From the NCBI GenBank assembly GCA_035308305.1, contig DATGGV010000022.1:20097-84096 (forward strand): 64,000 bases of DNA, given 5' to 3'. This document shows, one piece after another, positions 18,200-27,279 of this stretch. Under the pieces are notes generated by a model that saw only the letters and a program-made list of their open reading frames with translations, searched no databases and had not been told where the DNA came from. Made by a program: the position numbers and the translations under genes. The DNA comes from Candidatus Cybelea sp. (GTDB lineage: Bacteria; Vulcanimicrobiota; Vulcanimicrobiia; Vulcanimicrobiales; Vulcanimicrobiaceae). Position 1 is the first letter of the stretch. Each line of letters begins with the position of its first letter.

Positions 18200-18660
18200 T
18201 GCGCTTCTGGCTGCTGAAGACGGAGCCGAGCGCCTATTCATTCGAACGGCTGCGCCAAGAGGGCACGACTCCGTGGACCGGCGTGCGCAACTTTCAAGCC
18301 CGCAACAACATGATGGAGATGCAGCTGGGCGACCTCGCGCTCTTCTACCATTCCAGCATTGCAGAGCCGGCGGCCGTCGGCACTTGCAAGGTCGTCAAGA
18401 CGGCCCATCCCGACTTCACGCAGTTCGAACGCGGCGGCGAGTACTTCGACGGACGCGCAAAACCCGACAAACCGATTTGGTTCATGGTCGACGTTGCGTA
18501 CGTTGAAGCGTTCCAGAATCCGGTCACGCTGGCGCGCATGCGCGCCGAACCACGACTGGTCGGCATGGCCTTGCTGCGTCGCGGCCAACGGCTCTCCGTG
18601 CAGCCGGTGATGCCGCACGAATGGAAGATCGTTTTAGAGCTTTCGAAGAGCCCCGACTAG
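18199..18660 (+). CDS. EVE (PUA-like) domain protein
   Basis: Start at ATG 18199 ('MRFWLLKTEPSAYSFERL...WTGVRNFQARNNM..GDLALFYHS'), the canonical EVE N-terminus. It overlaps the upstream stop by 1 nt (TAATG). Confidence 0.8.
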   Translation: MRFWLLKTEPSAYSFERLRQEGTTPWTGVRNFQARNNMMEMQLGDLALFYHSSIAEPAAVGTCKVVKTAHPDFTQFERGGEYFDGRAKPDKPIWFMVDVAYVEAFQNPVTLARMRAEPRLVGMALLRRGQRLSVQPVMPHEWKIVLELSKSPD

Positions 18661-18781
18661 ACTGCTTGAGGCGTTGCGGCCTTGCCGTCATTGACAAAGC
18701 CGGCGGGAAGGCGCAGTGTTGGCTCAAGGGAGCGATCGTTGCTCAGGCTGCGACGAGACTGCTTACGAAAGCTAGAATCAA

Positions 18782-20833
18782 ATGCGAACTTTAGTTTTGG
18801 CGCGCTGGTTAGGTTTTTGCGCGGCCGTTGCGGCATTTGCCGCCTGTAGTGGCGCGGGGGCACCCCTAGCGCCGTCCCCCTCGGTGCAAGAGAGTGTCCT
18901 CCGATCGCACGGCGCCGTTTCCGCTCTTCTGCCGAAACCGCATTTCTCCATCGACCCGAATTGGTTGAAGAGGTTAACGAAAGGGACGCAGACTCTCTAT
19001 TCTTCGCAGCCCAAAGACGGAGTCGTTGATATTTTTGCGTTGACCGGAACGCAACTGCCCCACAAACCGATTGGAAAGATCACGTTTCGGTCCGGCCAAC
19101 AGCCCTGGGGCTTGGCCGTAGATAGCGACGGAAATCTTTACGTCAGCCTGGTCGTCCCTTCGGACCCCTCCAATTCGGGTTCGTGCGTCATCGACGTCTT
19201 TGCAGCGAAGTCGAAGCAGCTTAAGCGCACGCTCTCGGGCTGCGAAAAATCGCCTCAAAGTGGCCCGTTGACTGCCTACTCGGACATCGCAGTGGACAGT
19301 AACGGCGTAGTATACATCGTGGATCTCACACAAGTCCCCTCGGTAATTCTCGTGTACGGTCAGGGCTCATTGAAGCCGACTTCGGAACTCACAACAGGCG
19401 GAGGCCTGTACGGAGTCGCGGTTGACGGCGCTGGGAACGTCTACACAGAGAGTGAAAACACTGGGGGGAGCGAGACTCTCGACGAGTTTCCGGGTGGCGC
19501 GAACACGCCCGTCCAACTACTCACCTGCCAGGTTTTTTGCGGAAGTGAATACCTTGACGCCGCCGGTGACCTACTAGTCGCAACCAACAGTTCTTCTTGC
19601 TCTCCCGACACATTGAACGTGTACCCGCCCGGGCAGATTCTACCGTCGCGCGAAATTCCGCTGGGGTACGGCTGCTTGCACGCCATCTCCGTGAACCAGA
19701 GCAATACCGCCTTTTTTAGCATTTCATTCAACTCGGATCTAAAGAAGGTGCCGCTCGTCGAATATGCTTTCCCGAGCGGAATGAACCTCGGGAGCCTCGA
19801 CAAAGAGTCGTACGCGAGTGTCGCGATATCGCCGCGATCGGCCCTGGGGACATACAGTGCGCCGTTATGCCTACATGGATGCCTCTACGTCACTAACAAT
19901 GCCGGCGAATCGATAGCTTTGTTCGCGCCTTCTGCAGACGGTAACGTTGCGCCGGTAGGTTCGATTGCGGGCTCCTACACCGAGTTGAACTACCCCGACT
20001 CCGTGGTCGTTGGTGGCGGCGCGGTCTATGCGGTGAACGAGTCGCACGCCGGCTCGGTGACGTCTTATCCGGAAGCGACGGTGGGTAATATTACGCCGAC
20101 GAACGTCATCTCAGGATCAGCTACGATGTTTAATTCTCCGATTGGGAGCGCTCTGGATTCAAGCGGATACCTTTACGTCGCTAATAGCTTCAGCAATGCC
20201 ATCACTGTGTTTGCGCCGGGAGCTACAGGAAACGCCACGCCGGTGCGTGTGATAGCCGGCGCCAATACGCTCCTCGACGGGCCATCCTATCTTGCCGTTG
20301 ACGCGAGCGGCGACATCTACGTCGTAAATGCCTACGACGCAACCATCTTAACCTTTGGACCTGATGCAAACGGGAACGTAGCACCGGTTCGAACGCTCTC
20401 GGGCTCTTCGACCGGTCTCCAGTCGCCATTTGGAATCGCGTTCGATTCCGCAACGTCTTACATTTGGGTTGGCGACTTGGTCAAGGATTCGTTAAGTGCT
20501 TTTCCGTCGACAGCCAGCGGGAACACTCCACCTACTGCGGTCATCTCGGGAACTCTGACGGGGATATGCTCACCGTACGGTCTATTGGTCTCCGGCGGTA
20601 CGCTTTTCGTTGCAAACAACGGCTGCAATGAGGTCTTAGAGTTCCCCACCTCCGCCAGCGGGAACGTCGCGCCGTCCTCACTGATCGGCGGGGGCAATAC
20701 CACGTTGGACTCGCCCTCAGGAGTCGCGATAGGTTCATTGCCCCAAAGCTGCGCGAAGGGCAAGAGGCCACATCCGGCGGGCGGGTTAAAAAGGTGTCAG
20801 AACCCGGCCGCGCCGGCGCGTGTATCACTTTAA
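18782..20833 (+). CDS. Large beta-propeller lipoprotein (C-terminal six NHL-like repeats)
   Basis: 683 aa. Lipobox 'AAFAAC|SG'. The C-terminal half has 6 copies of an about 48-aa repeat, 'F.....GN..P...I.G..T.L..P.G.A.D..G..YV.N'. G+C is visibly lower, about 55% in sampled lines. Confidence 0.7.
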   Translation: MRTLVLARWLGFCAAVAAFAACSGAGAPLAPSPSVQESVLRSHGAVSALLPKPHFSIDPNWLKRLTKGTQTLYSSQPKDGVVDIFALTGTQLPHKPIGKITFRSGQQPWGLAVDSDGNLYVSLVVPSDPSNSGSCVIDVFAAKSKQLKRTLSGCEKSPQSGPLTAYSDIAVDSNGVVYIVDLTQVPSVILVYGQGSLKPTSELTTGGGLYGVAVDGAGNVYTESENTGGSETLDEFPGGANTPVQLLTCQVFCGSEYLDAAGDLLVATNSSSCSPDTLNVYPPGQILPSREIPLGYGCLHAISVNQSNTAFFSISFNSDLKKVPLVEYAFPSGMNLGSLDKESYASVAISPRSALGTYSAPLCLHGCLYVTNNAGESIALFAPSADGNVAPVGSIAGSYTELNYPDSVVVGGGAVYAVNESHAGSVTSYPEATVGNITPTNVISGSATMFNSPIGSALDSSGYLYVANSFSNAITVFAPGATGNATPVRVIAGANTLLDGPSYLAVDASGDIYVVNAYDATILTFGPDANGNVAPVRTLSGSSTGLQSPFGIAFDSATSYIWVGDLVKDSLSAFPSTASGNTPPTAVISGTLTGICSPYGLLVSGGTLFVANNGCNEVLEFPTSASGNVAPSSLIGGGNTTLDSPSGVAIGSLPQSCAKGKRPHPAGGLKRCQNPAAPARVSL

Positions 20834-20871
20834 GTACGCGTCCAGCCTTTCGATTAGCAGCCGCTATGCGT

Positions 20872-21568
20872 TCAGCTTCTTAACGGCCATATCTGCTCTG
20901 CCGGCCACGCACGCGCCCACGAAATCGACGCGTAATCACTATAGGTGGTTTGCGCATCCTCCGGCGGGCGCAGCTCGATCAGGTCCTCGATGATAAAGCC
21001 GTTGCGGCGAAATAGCGCGATCCACTCACCATAGGGTAACGAAAAGTTTACGCTTGACGCATCCTCAAAGCGACGCCGATCGAAGTAGTTCGCGTGCAGG
21101 CGGTCGTCGACGCGATCTTCGGAATCGTTCCAGCAGACGTTCAGAATCGGCGTTGCGCCCCGCTTCGGGCACCGTGCGGCACGGGTCGCAATACGTCATC
21201 GCCCCGTGGTCGCAGAGGACGATGTCAAACGACGCATCCGCCAACGGAACCGCTTCCGCGCTGGCTGCAACGAGCAGAAAATCAACGCAGGCATCGCGCA
21301 TACTTCGTCGCGCGTGCTCGAGTTGGCGGAGGGAAACGTCGAGGCCCACGACTCGCGCGCCGCGCTTCGCGAGCGCGATGGCCCATCGCGCTGCCCCGCA
21401 GCCGAATTCGAGAGCGTCTTTACTGCCGACGTCCCCGAGCACATGGAGTTGCGACTCCGGAACCGACCAACAGCCCCAAGCCACTCGCTTCGACGGTAAC
21501 GGAATACGCTCCGGGCAAGACATTGCTGGTGCGCAAATACTCCCAGGACATGAACGAACCCGACGCAC
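20872..21568 (-). pseudogene. Class I SAM-dependent methyltransferase, disrupted by an internal deletion and frameshift
   Basis: The N-terminal frame gives 'LEFGCGAARWAIALAKRGARVVGLDVS..QLEHARR...ASFDIVLCDHGAMTYCDPCRTVPEAGR' and then runs into an Arg-rich out-of-frame tail. A different frame continues with 'ATPILNVCWNDSEDRVDDRLHANYFDRRRFEDASSVNFSLPYGEWIALFRRNGFIIEDLIELRPPEDA...WARAWPAEQIW' up to a stop at 20872. The junction is at about 21149-21163. Confidence 0.6.
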
Positions 21569-21628
21569 TAGCGTTCGGGCCGTGAGGCCTTCGCTGGGCG
21601 GACGGGCAAAACGGGGCGCTCCTCTAGG

Positions 21629-21930
21629 TCAGTCTTTCAACTCTACGAAGACGACGTGTGTATCGGTGGTCCCTATGTTCTCCCCCGTATGGATTTCGGC
21701 AGGCCGCCAGAGCGCCCGTCCTGTTTCTAGAGCGACGTCCTTAACGTCATCGCCAACAGTCAGTCGGCGCCGGAAGTCAGACAGAGTTAATAGCACACTG
21801 TTAGGGTGTCGATGTGGTTTCGTCTTCGCTCCCGGCGTGTCTCGGTAGTCCAGAACTCGTACCCGGTCGTTCTCGAAAATCGTCTTGTACTTGTCCGGAT
21901 CGGTATATGTCGGATCTAGGTCGTCCATGT
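21629..21930 (-). CDS. Small cupin-like cytoplasmic protein
   Basis: Start at ATG 21930 ('MDDLDPTYTDPDKYKTIFENDRVRVLDYRDTPGAKTKPHRHP...HTGENIG..DTHVVFVELK'). 100 aa. Confidence 0.6.
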
Positions 21931-22270
21931 CGCAAGCCTTCTTTTTTCTCAACGGGCAGTCCCGCGCGCGACCTTCACCAATACGCCCCGCGTCCGCAGT
22001 CACGTCCATTTGAGGGGCGAAGTTTATGCCAACACCAAGGCCTTTCATAGACGGCTTCCGGCACCGACGGTCAGCCGCGCCCCATTCCGCGCTGCGGCTT
22101 GGACAGCGGCCGGCTGCACGGCGACGAGGGGCCGCCGATTCGGCGCCGCGGCGAGGCGGCTTCCGAAAATCGCGGTCTGGATGCTAAGATGGACTCGGTG
22201 CGACAGCAGTGCATAGCTGACCGCGAAGCGCGTTAGGTTGTCGGTGCGTTATGTTGGAGAAGGACAGAGC

Positions 22271-23527
22271 ATGAGGATCTTACATATTGGCCGCTACGCT
22301 TTGGGAGCTTACGCGGCTGCAATGCTCGCAGGCTGCGGCGGGGGAAGCGGCACGCCGCTAAGCCCATCGCCTGCAGGAGTCGGGGCGGAGCGAGAGCACG
22401 TCCGTTCCGCATACAGCGCATTCTACAGTTTCAAAGGCTATCCGAATGACGGCGCATACCCGGAGGCAGGCCTCATCAACGTCAACGGCACGCTCTACGG
22501 CACGACCGCAAACGGCGGCGTGCATTGCAAGGGAACCTACGGCTGCGGGACAGTCTTTGCGATCACGTCTGGCGGAGAAACCGTGCTCCACAGCTTCAAA
22601 GGCTATCCTGACGACGGCGGAAACCCGGATGCGGGCCTCATCAACGTCAACGGCACGCTCTACGGCACGACCTCCGCCGGCGGCGCGAGCGGTAACTGCT
22701 CCGGCGGATGCGGCACGGTCTTCAAGATCACGACGTCCGGAAGGGAAACCGTGCTCCACAGCTTCGAAGGCGGTTCCGGGAACTCCGACGGTTACGACCC
22801 GGTTGCGGGCCTCCTCAATGTCGGCGGGACGCTGTACGGCACCACCTATTACGGGGGAGCAAAGGGCGACGGCACGGTCTTCAAAATCACGACGTCCGGA
22901 AAGGAAACTGTGCTCCACAGCTTCGGCAACTCGAAGGACGGCCACGACCCGCTTGCGGGCCTCATCAACGTCAAGGGCACGCTCTACGGCACGACCGAGT
23001 TCGGAGGCGCGAGCTATGACGGAACCGTCTTCTCAATCACGCTGTCCGGCGCGGAAACCGTGCTGCATAGCTTCGCCGGCGGTTCTGACGGTGAATCCCC
23101 AGAGGCACTCCTCCTCGACGTCAACGGTACGCTCTACGGCACCACATTTTCCGGCGGCGGTACGGGGTGCTACGGGAGCGTCGGATGCGGAACAGTGTTC
23201 AAGATCACGACGTCTGGCAAGGAAGCCGTGCTCCACAGTTTCGGCGGGTCGGGGGACGGCTACGACCCGGTTGCGGGCCTCATCAACGTCGAGGGCGCGC
23301 TCTACGGCACCACCGAGTATGGAGGGGCGAAATGCTCGCCCGGTGGTTGCGGAACGGTATTCGCGATCACAACGTCCGGTAAGGAGACCTTACTCTACAG
23401 CTTCGGCGGCTCGGGTGACGGCGAAAACCCAGAGGCGGCCCTCCTCGACGTTAACGGCACGCTCTACGGCACCACCGCAGGCGGGGGGGCGAACAACTAC
23501 GGAACGGCTTTCTCCGTATCGCCGTGA
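22271..23527 (+). CDS. GloVer-type ('choice-of-anchor') tandem-repeat lipoprotein, 7 repeats
   Basis: Start at ATG 22271 ('MRILHIGRYALGAYAAAMLAGC|GG'). Seven repeats of 'G(T)LYGTT..GG....G(C)GTVF.IT.SG.ETVLHSF.G..DG..P.AGLI'. Confidence 0.8.
   Translation: MRILHIGRYALGAYAAAMLAGCGGGSGTPLSPSPAGVGAEREHVRSAYSAFYSFKGYPNDGAYPEAGLINVNGTLYGTTANGGVHCKGTYGCGTVFAITSGGETVLHSFKGYPDDGGNPDAGLINVNGTLYGTTSAGGASGNCSGGCGTVFKITTSGRETVLHSFEGGSGNSDGYDPVAGLLNVGGTLYGTTYYGGAKGDGTVFKITTSGKETVLHSFGNSKDGHDPLAGLINVKGTLYGTTEFGGASYDGTVFSITLSGAETVLHSFAGGSDGESPEALLLDVNGTLYGTTFSGGGTGCYGSVGCGTVFKITTSGKEAVLHSFGGSGDGYDPVAGLINVEGALYGTTEYGGAKCSPGGCGTVFAITTSGKETLLYSFGGSGDGENPEAALLDVNGTLYGTTAGGGANNYGTAFSVSP
22400..23500 (+). repeat. 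Intragenic tandem repeat, period 150-175 nt, 7 units, with long identical DNA blocks
   Basis: 'ctctacgg' recurs at 22493, 22657, 22982, 23132, 23300 and 23462, with the variant 'ctgtacgg' at 22832. 'ggcctcatcaacgtcaacggcacgctctacggcacgacc' is identical at 22470-22508 and 22634-22672. 'gaaaccgtgctccacagcttc' recurs with 0-3 changes. Confidence 0.85.
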
Positions 23528-23617
23528 AACGGCTACGCTCAAAGCACCGCAAAATGGCCCGCCCAGCGGGCTCGTTCCTTTCACCCCGCAGCCCTGCCAA
23601 CAGCTTCGCGGCGGCGC

Positions 23618-25765
23618 TTAGAGGCCTTGCGCTTGCGCTAAGAAAACACGTTGCGCATCGATCGGCATCTCGCCGGGTCCGGGCAACAGGCGCGTGTACG
23701 AGGCGTCGCCGAGCAGCTCCCGGCTCTTGACGTTATCGGCGAGCAGCACGGTAAGTATCTGCGACGCTAGCGTTTCGGCCATCACCGGATCCAGGACGGG
23801 AACGGCGAGTTCGACGCGCCGATCCAAGTTGCGTCCCATCCAATCCGCGCTGGCGATGATCGTCTCCAGCTCTCCGCCGTTGTCGAAGACGAAGATGCGC
23901 GAATGCTCGAGAAAGCGCCCGACGATGCTGCGGACGCGAATGTTTTCGCTGACTCCCGGAACACCGGGCCGCAGCACGCACATTCCGCGCACGAGCAAGT
24001 CGATCGGGACACCGGCCTGCGAGGCGCGGTAGAGCGCGCGCACGACGTCACCCTCCGTGATCGCGTTGATCTTGGCGCGGATACCGGCGGGGCGGCCGGC
24101 GCGGGCGTGTTCGGTCTCCCGGTCGATGCGCGCGATCAGCTCGCGATGCAGCGTGACCGGAGCAACCCAGAGATCTTCGTAGTCGGTAACCTTCGAAAAG
24201 CCGGTCAGCGCGTTGAAGAGCTGCGCGTCGTCGGTGCCCAGATCGTGACGGCAGGTAAAGAGGCTTAGGTCGGTATACAGGCGCGCCGTCTTCTCGTTGT
24301 AGTTGCCGGTTCCGAAGTGCATATACCGCCGAAGGCCGTCTTCGTCTTCGCGTACGACCAAGAGCGTCTTGGCGTGCACCTTCTGATTGGCAAAACCGTA
24401 GACGACGTGCGCTCCCGCGCGCTCGAGCCGTTTGGCCCATTCGATGTTGTTCTCTTCATCGAAGCGCGCCTTGAGCTCGATCACGACGGCAACTTGCTTT
24501 TCGTTCTCCGCGGCGGTCAAGAGCGCTCTGACGATCGGAGAGTTCTTGCCCGAAGTCCGATAAAGCGTCGCTTTAATGGCGAGAACTTTTTCGTCTTCGG
24601 CGGCCTGCTGCAAGAACTGAATCACCGGGTCGAACGACTCGTACGGATGGTGCAGCAGGATGTCGCCTTCCCGAATCTGCGCGAAAATGTCGGTCACGCC
24701 GATCAGCCGCTTGGGAATGGCCGGCATGTATGGCTTGTCGCGCAGATGCTCGTATCCCGGAAGGTTGACGATCTGCCAAAGATCGCTTAAGGCCATCAAG
24801 CCTTCGATTTCGTAGCAATCGACCTGTTCGAGCTCGAGCGAGCTGCAGAGAAAATCGCGAATATACTCGGGCATTCCCCGTTCGACTTCGAGGCGCACCG
24901 GTTCGCCGAAGCGTCGCCGCCGCAGTTCGGACTCGATCGCGCGCAAGAGATCGTCGGCTTCGTCTTCCTGCAGATCGAGGTCGGCGTCGCGGGTGACGCG
25001 GAAGAGATAGGAATCGCGCACGTGCATGCCGGGAAAGAGGCCGTCGAGATGATGTGCGATCAAATCCTCGAGCAAGACGAAGCGCCGATCCTTCACGGCC
25101 CCGACGGCGACGAAGCGCGGCAGCGTCGGCGGGATCTTTACGCGCGCGAAGTGCAGCTCGACACCGTCGCTCGTCGCCTCCTCCAGCTCTACCGCCAGCG
25201 AGAGCGAGAGATTGGAGATGTACGGAAACGGGTGACCGCTATCGACGGCCAGCGGGGTCAGCACCGGAAAGACGTTATCGTCGAACGTGCGCTCGAGTGC
25301 GGCTTGGGTCTCCTCGTCGAGCTCGGCGACGCGCATCAAGCGAATGCCTTCGGCGTCGAGTGCGGGCAAAAGCTGGTCGTTGAGCAGCCGCATCTGAAGC
25401 GGCAGTGAGGCGCGCAGCCGTTGTGAGATCGCGGCGAGATGCTCGGTGGGCGTGCGGCCGTCCTCGGAACGGCGCATGACCTGGGCCTCGATCTGCTGTT
25501 TGATCGCGGCGACGCGAATCATAAAGAACTCGTCGAGGTTCGTTCCGTAGATGGCGACGAATTTGAGCCGCTCCATCAGGGCGTTACGCTCGTCGAGCCC
25601 CTCTTCCAAAACCCGGTCGTTGAACTCGAGCCACGACAACTCACGGCTTATATAAAAAGCCGGATCGTCGAGGCTTGCGACCGGAATCGCCGGCTGCGGG
25701 GTGCGGGGTGCGGTTATCACGATGATTCTAGTGCTTAGCGGTTCGGACCGGGGTTCGCCTCCCAA
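23618..25765 (-). CDS. ppk: Polyphosphate kinase 1
   Basis: 715 aa. Motifs 'YISRELSWLEFNDRVLEEG', 'RFVAVG', 'HFGTGNYN' and 'SADWMGRNLDRRVE'. The true start may be GTG 25720, because 25765 leaves only 12 nt to the divergent gene. Confidence 0.9.
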   Translation of the reverse strand: MGGEPRSEPLSTRIIVITAPRTPQPAIPVASLDDPAFYISRELSWLEFNDRVLEEGLDERNALMERLKFVAIYGTNLDEFFMIRVAAIKQQIEAQVMRRSEDGRTPTEHLAAISQRLRASLPLQMRLLNDQLLPALDAEGIRLMRVAELDEETQAALERTFDDNVFPVLTPLAVDSGHPFPYISNLSLSLAVELEEATSDGVELHFARVKIPPTLPRFVAVGAVKDRRFVLLEDLIAHHLDGLFPGMHVRDSYLFRVTRDADLDLQEDEADDLLRAIESELRRRRFGEPVRLEVERGMPEYIRDFLCSSLELEQVDCYEIEGLMALSDLWQIVNLPGYEHLRDKPYMPAIPKRLIGVTDIFAQIREGDILLHHPYESFDPVIQFLQQAAEDEKVLAIKATLYRTSGKNSPIVRALLTAAENEKQVAVVIELKARFDEENNIEWAKRLERAGAHVVYGFANQKVHAKTLLVVREDEDGLRRYMHFGTGNYNEKTARLYTDLSLFTCRHDLGTDDAQLFNALTGFSKVTDYEDLWVAPVTLHRELIARIDRETEHARAGRPAGIRAKINAITEGDVVRALYRASQAGVPIDLLVRGMCVLRPGVPGVSENIRVRSIVGRFLEHSRIFVFDNGGELETIIASADWMGRNLDRRVELAVPVLDPVMAETLASQILTVLLADNVKSRELLGDASYTRLLPGPGEMPIDAQRVFLAQAQGL

Positions 25766-25777
25766 ACGGCCAAAAAC

Positions 25778-26386
25778 TTGCCGGTGGCCCTAAACGACCT
25801 GCCGGCGCACGTCGCGCAACACCTTGCCCTAGCACTTTCCGCGCTGGCCATCGCGCTTGCGGCCGGCCTTCCGTTAGGGATTGCGGCCACCCAATCTCCC
25901 TGGCTGCGAGGGGTGGTGCTCGCCTTGGCGGGTGTCGGGCGCACGCTTCCGAGTCTCGCGGTCCTTATGCTTCTGCTGCCCTGGTTGGGAGTGGGCACGA
26001 CACCTGCGGTCATTGCGCTCGCCCTTCTCGCGGTTCCACCCATCGTCATCAGCGTCGACGTCGGCATCCGCGGCGTTTCGCGCGCGGCAGTCGACGCCGC
26101 GACGGGCATGGGCATGACGTCGCTGCAGCGCTTTACGCGGGTCGTCGTGCCGCTGGCGCTGCCGGTCTCCTTCGTCGGTCTGCGCACTGCCACGACGGAG
26201 ACCATCGCGAGCGCTACGCTGGCGACGTTCATCGGCGCCGGCGGTCTCGGCGACGAGATTGTTCGCGGCCTCCAAACCGACAACTCGACGCTGCTCTTTG
26301 TCACGGCCGCGCTCGTAGCCGCCCTTGCCTTGGGAGCCGATCTGGCGCTGGGAGCGGCGGGCCGGCTGACGGCGGAGAATCGGTGA
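25778..26386 (+). CDS. Osmoprotectant (glycine betaine/choline-type) ABC transporter permease
   Basis: 202 aa with a TTG start. BPD-transporter fold and an EAA-like loop, 'AVDAATGMGMTSLQRFTRVVVPLALP'. Confidence 0.85.
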   Translation: MPVALNDLPAHVAQHLALALSALAIALAAGLPLGIAATQSPWLRGVVLALAGVGRTLPSLAVLMLLLPWLGVGTTPAVIALALLAVPPIVISVDVGIRGVSRAAVDAATGMGMTSLQRFTRVVVPLALPVSFVGLRTATTETIASATLATFIGAGGLGDEIVRGLQTDNSTLLFVTAALVAALALGADLALGAAGRLTAENR

Positions 26387-27279
26387 GCCTTTCTCGCGCG
26401 CGCGCACTCGCGCTCATTGCCGCGACGCCCGCGCTCGCGCGCTGTGGGTTCGATCGGTCGCACGTTCGTGTCGGCTCCAAGAACTTCACCGAGTCGTTTC
26501 TCATCGCCGAGATCTACGCGCAAGCGCTGGAGAATGCCGGCATGCGCGTCGAGCGGCTCTTCAATCTCGGTTCGACGCAGATTGCCATGGCCGCGATGGC
26601 GCGCGGCAACATCGACTGCTACCCGGAGTATACCGGCACGGCCCTCATCGACGTTCTGCACCTGCCGCCAATTGCGGATTCGAAAACCGCGTACGACGTC
26701 GTTGCGCGGCTCTTCGCGCAACGCTACGGCATCGTCTGGCTGCACCCGTCGCCGATGAACGATTCGCAAGGGTTGGCGACGACGCGGGAAATCGCAACCG
26801 CGCAGCACCTGGCGACCCTCTCGGACGTCGCGGCGGCTGCGTTGCGTTTACGCTTGGCAACGATTCAGGAGTTTCTCGCGCGCCCCGACGGGCTACCTGG
26901 CCTGCAAACGCGCTATGGCGGATTCCGCTTTCGAGAGGTCCGCACGTACGACATCGCCTTGAAGTACCAAGCGTTGCTCGAGAACAAAGCCGACGTGGCC
27001 AGCGCCTTTACGACCGACGGCGCGATCGAATCGGATCGCCTCGTGATCTTGCGCGACGACCGTCACTTCTGGTCGGCCTATAACGTCGCCCCGCTGGTTC
27101 GAAAGGCAGCGCTGCAGGAACGCCCGGCCATCGCGCGCGTGCTCAATGCGGTCTCGCCTGCCATCACCGACCAGGCAGCGCGATCGATGAACGCCGCGGT
27201 CGAGAACTCCGCAGCGGATCCCGCCGACGTCGCGGCCGCTTTTCTCAAAGCACTCGGAGGACGCACAAACCAATCGTGA
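26383..27279 (+). CDS. Glycine betaine-type ABC transporter substrate-binding protein
   Basis: 298 aa. 'VRVGSKNFTESFLIAEIYAQALENAG' and 'YPEYTGTAL' are typical of OpuBC/OsmF/YehZ-type SBPs. GTGA overlap upstream. Confidence 0.85.
   Translation: MSLSRARALALIAATPALARCGFDRSHVRVGSKNFTESFLIAEIYAQALENAGMRVERLFNLGSTQIAMAAMARGNIDCYPEYTGTALIDVLHLPPIADSKTAYDVVARLFAQRYGIVWLHPSPMNDSQGLATTREIATAQHLATLSDVAAAALRLRLATIQEFLARPDGLPGLQTRYGGFRFREVRTYDIALKYQALLENKADVASAFTTDGAIESDRLVILRDDRHFWSAYNVAPLVRKAALQERPAIARVLNAVSPAITDQAARSMNAAVENSAADPADVAAAFLKALGGRTNQS

Noticed and set aside
18773-18784. A 'tagaat' -10-like hexamer directly upstream of the 683-aa lipoprotein ATG, considered as a leaderless-mRNA promoter.
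   Set aside because: The hexamer ends only 3 nt before the ATG. A transcript starting about 7 nt downstream would begin inside the coding sequence, and no matching -35 element was seen.
23483-23489. A G7 homopolymer inside the GloVer gene, considered as a phase-variation switch.
   Set aside because: It lies about 40 nt from the stop codon, so slippage would alter only the last roughly 12 residues. There are no comparable tracts near the 5' end or promoter.
22446-23621. A 391-aa plus-strand ORF with a striking internal repeat, 'RASSTSTARSTARP…'. The antisense ORF at 22358-22945 was considered with it.
   Set aside because: The periodicity is simply the GloVer DNA repeat read in the wrong frame or strand. 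The real frame has a lipoprotein signal and the conserved LYGTT/GTVF/VLHSF motifs.
25735-26808. A 357-aa minus-strand ORF spanning the start of the betaine ABC operon.
   Set aside because: It is antisense to the permease and SBP genes, both of which have clear family motifs. The sequence is low-complexity and Arg/Ala/Pro/Ser-rich.
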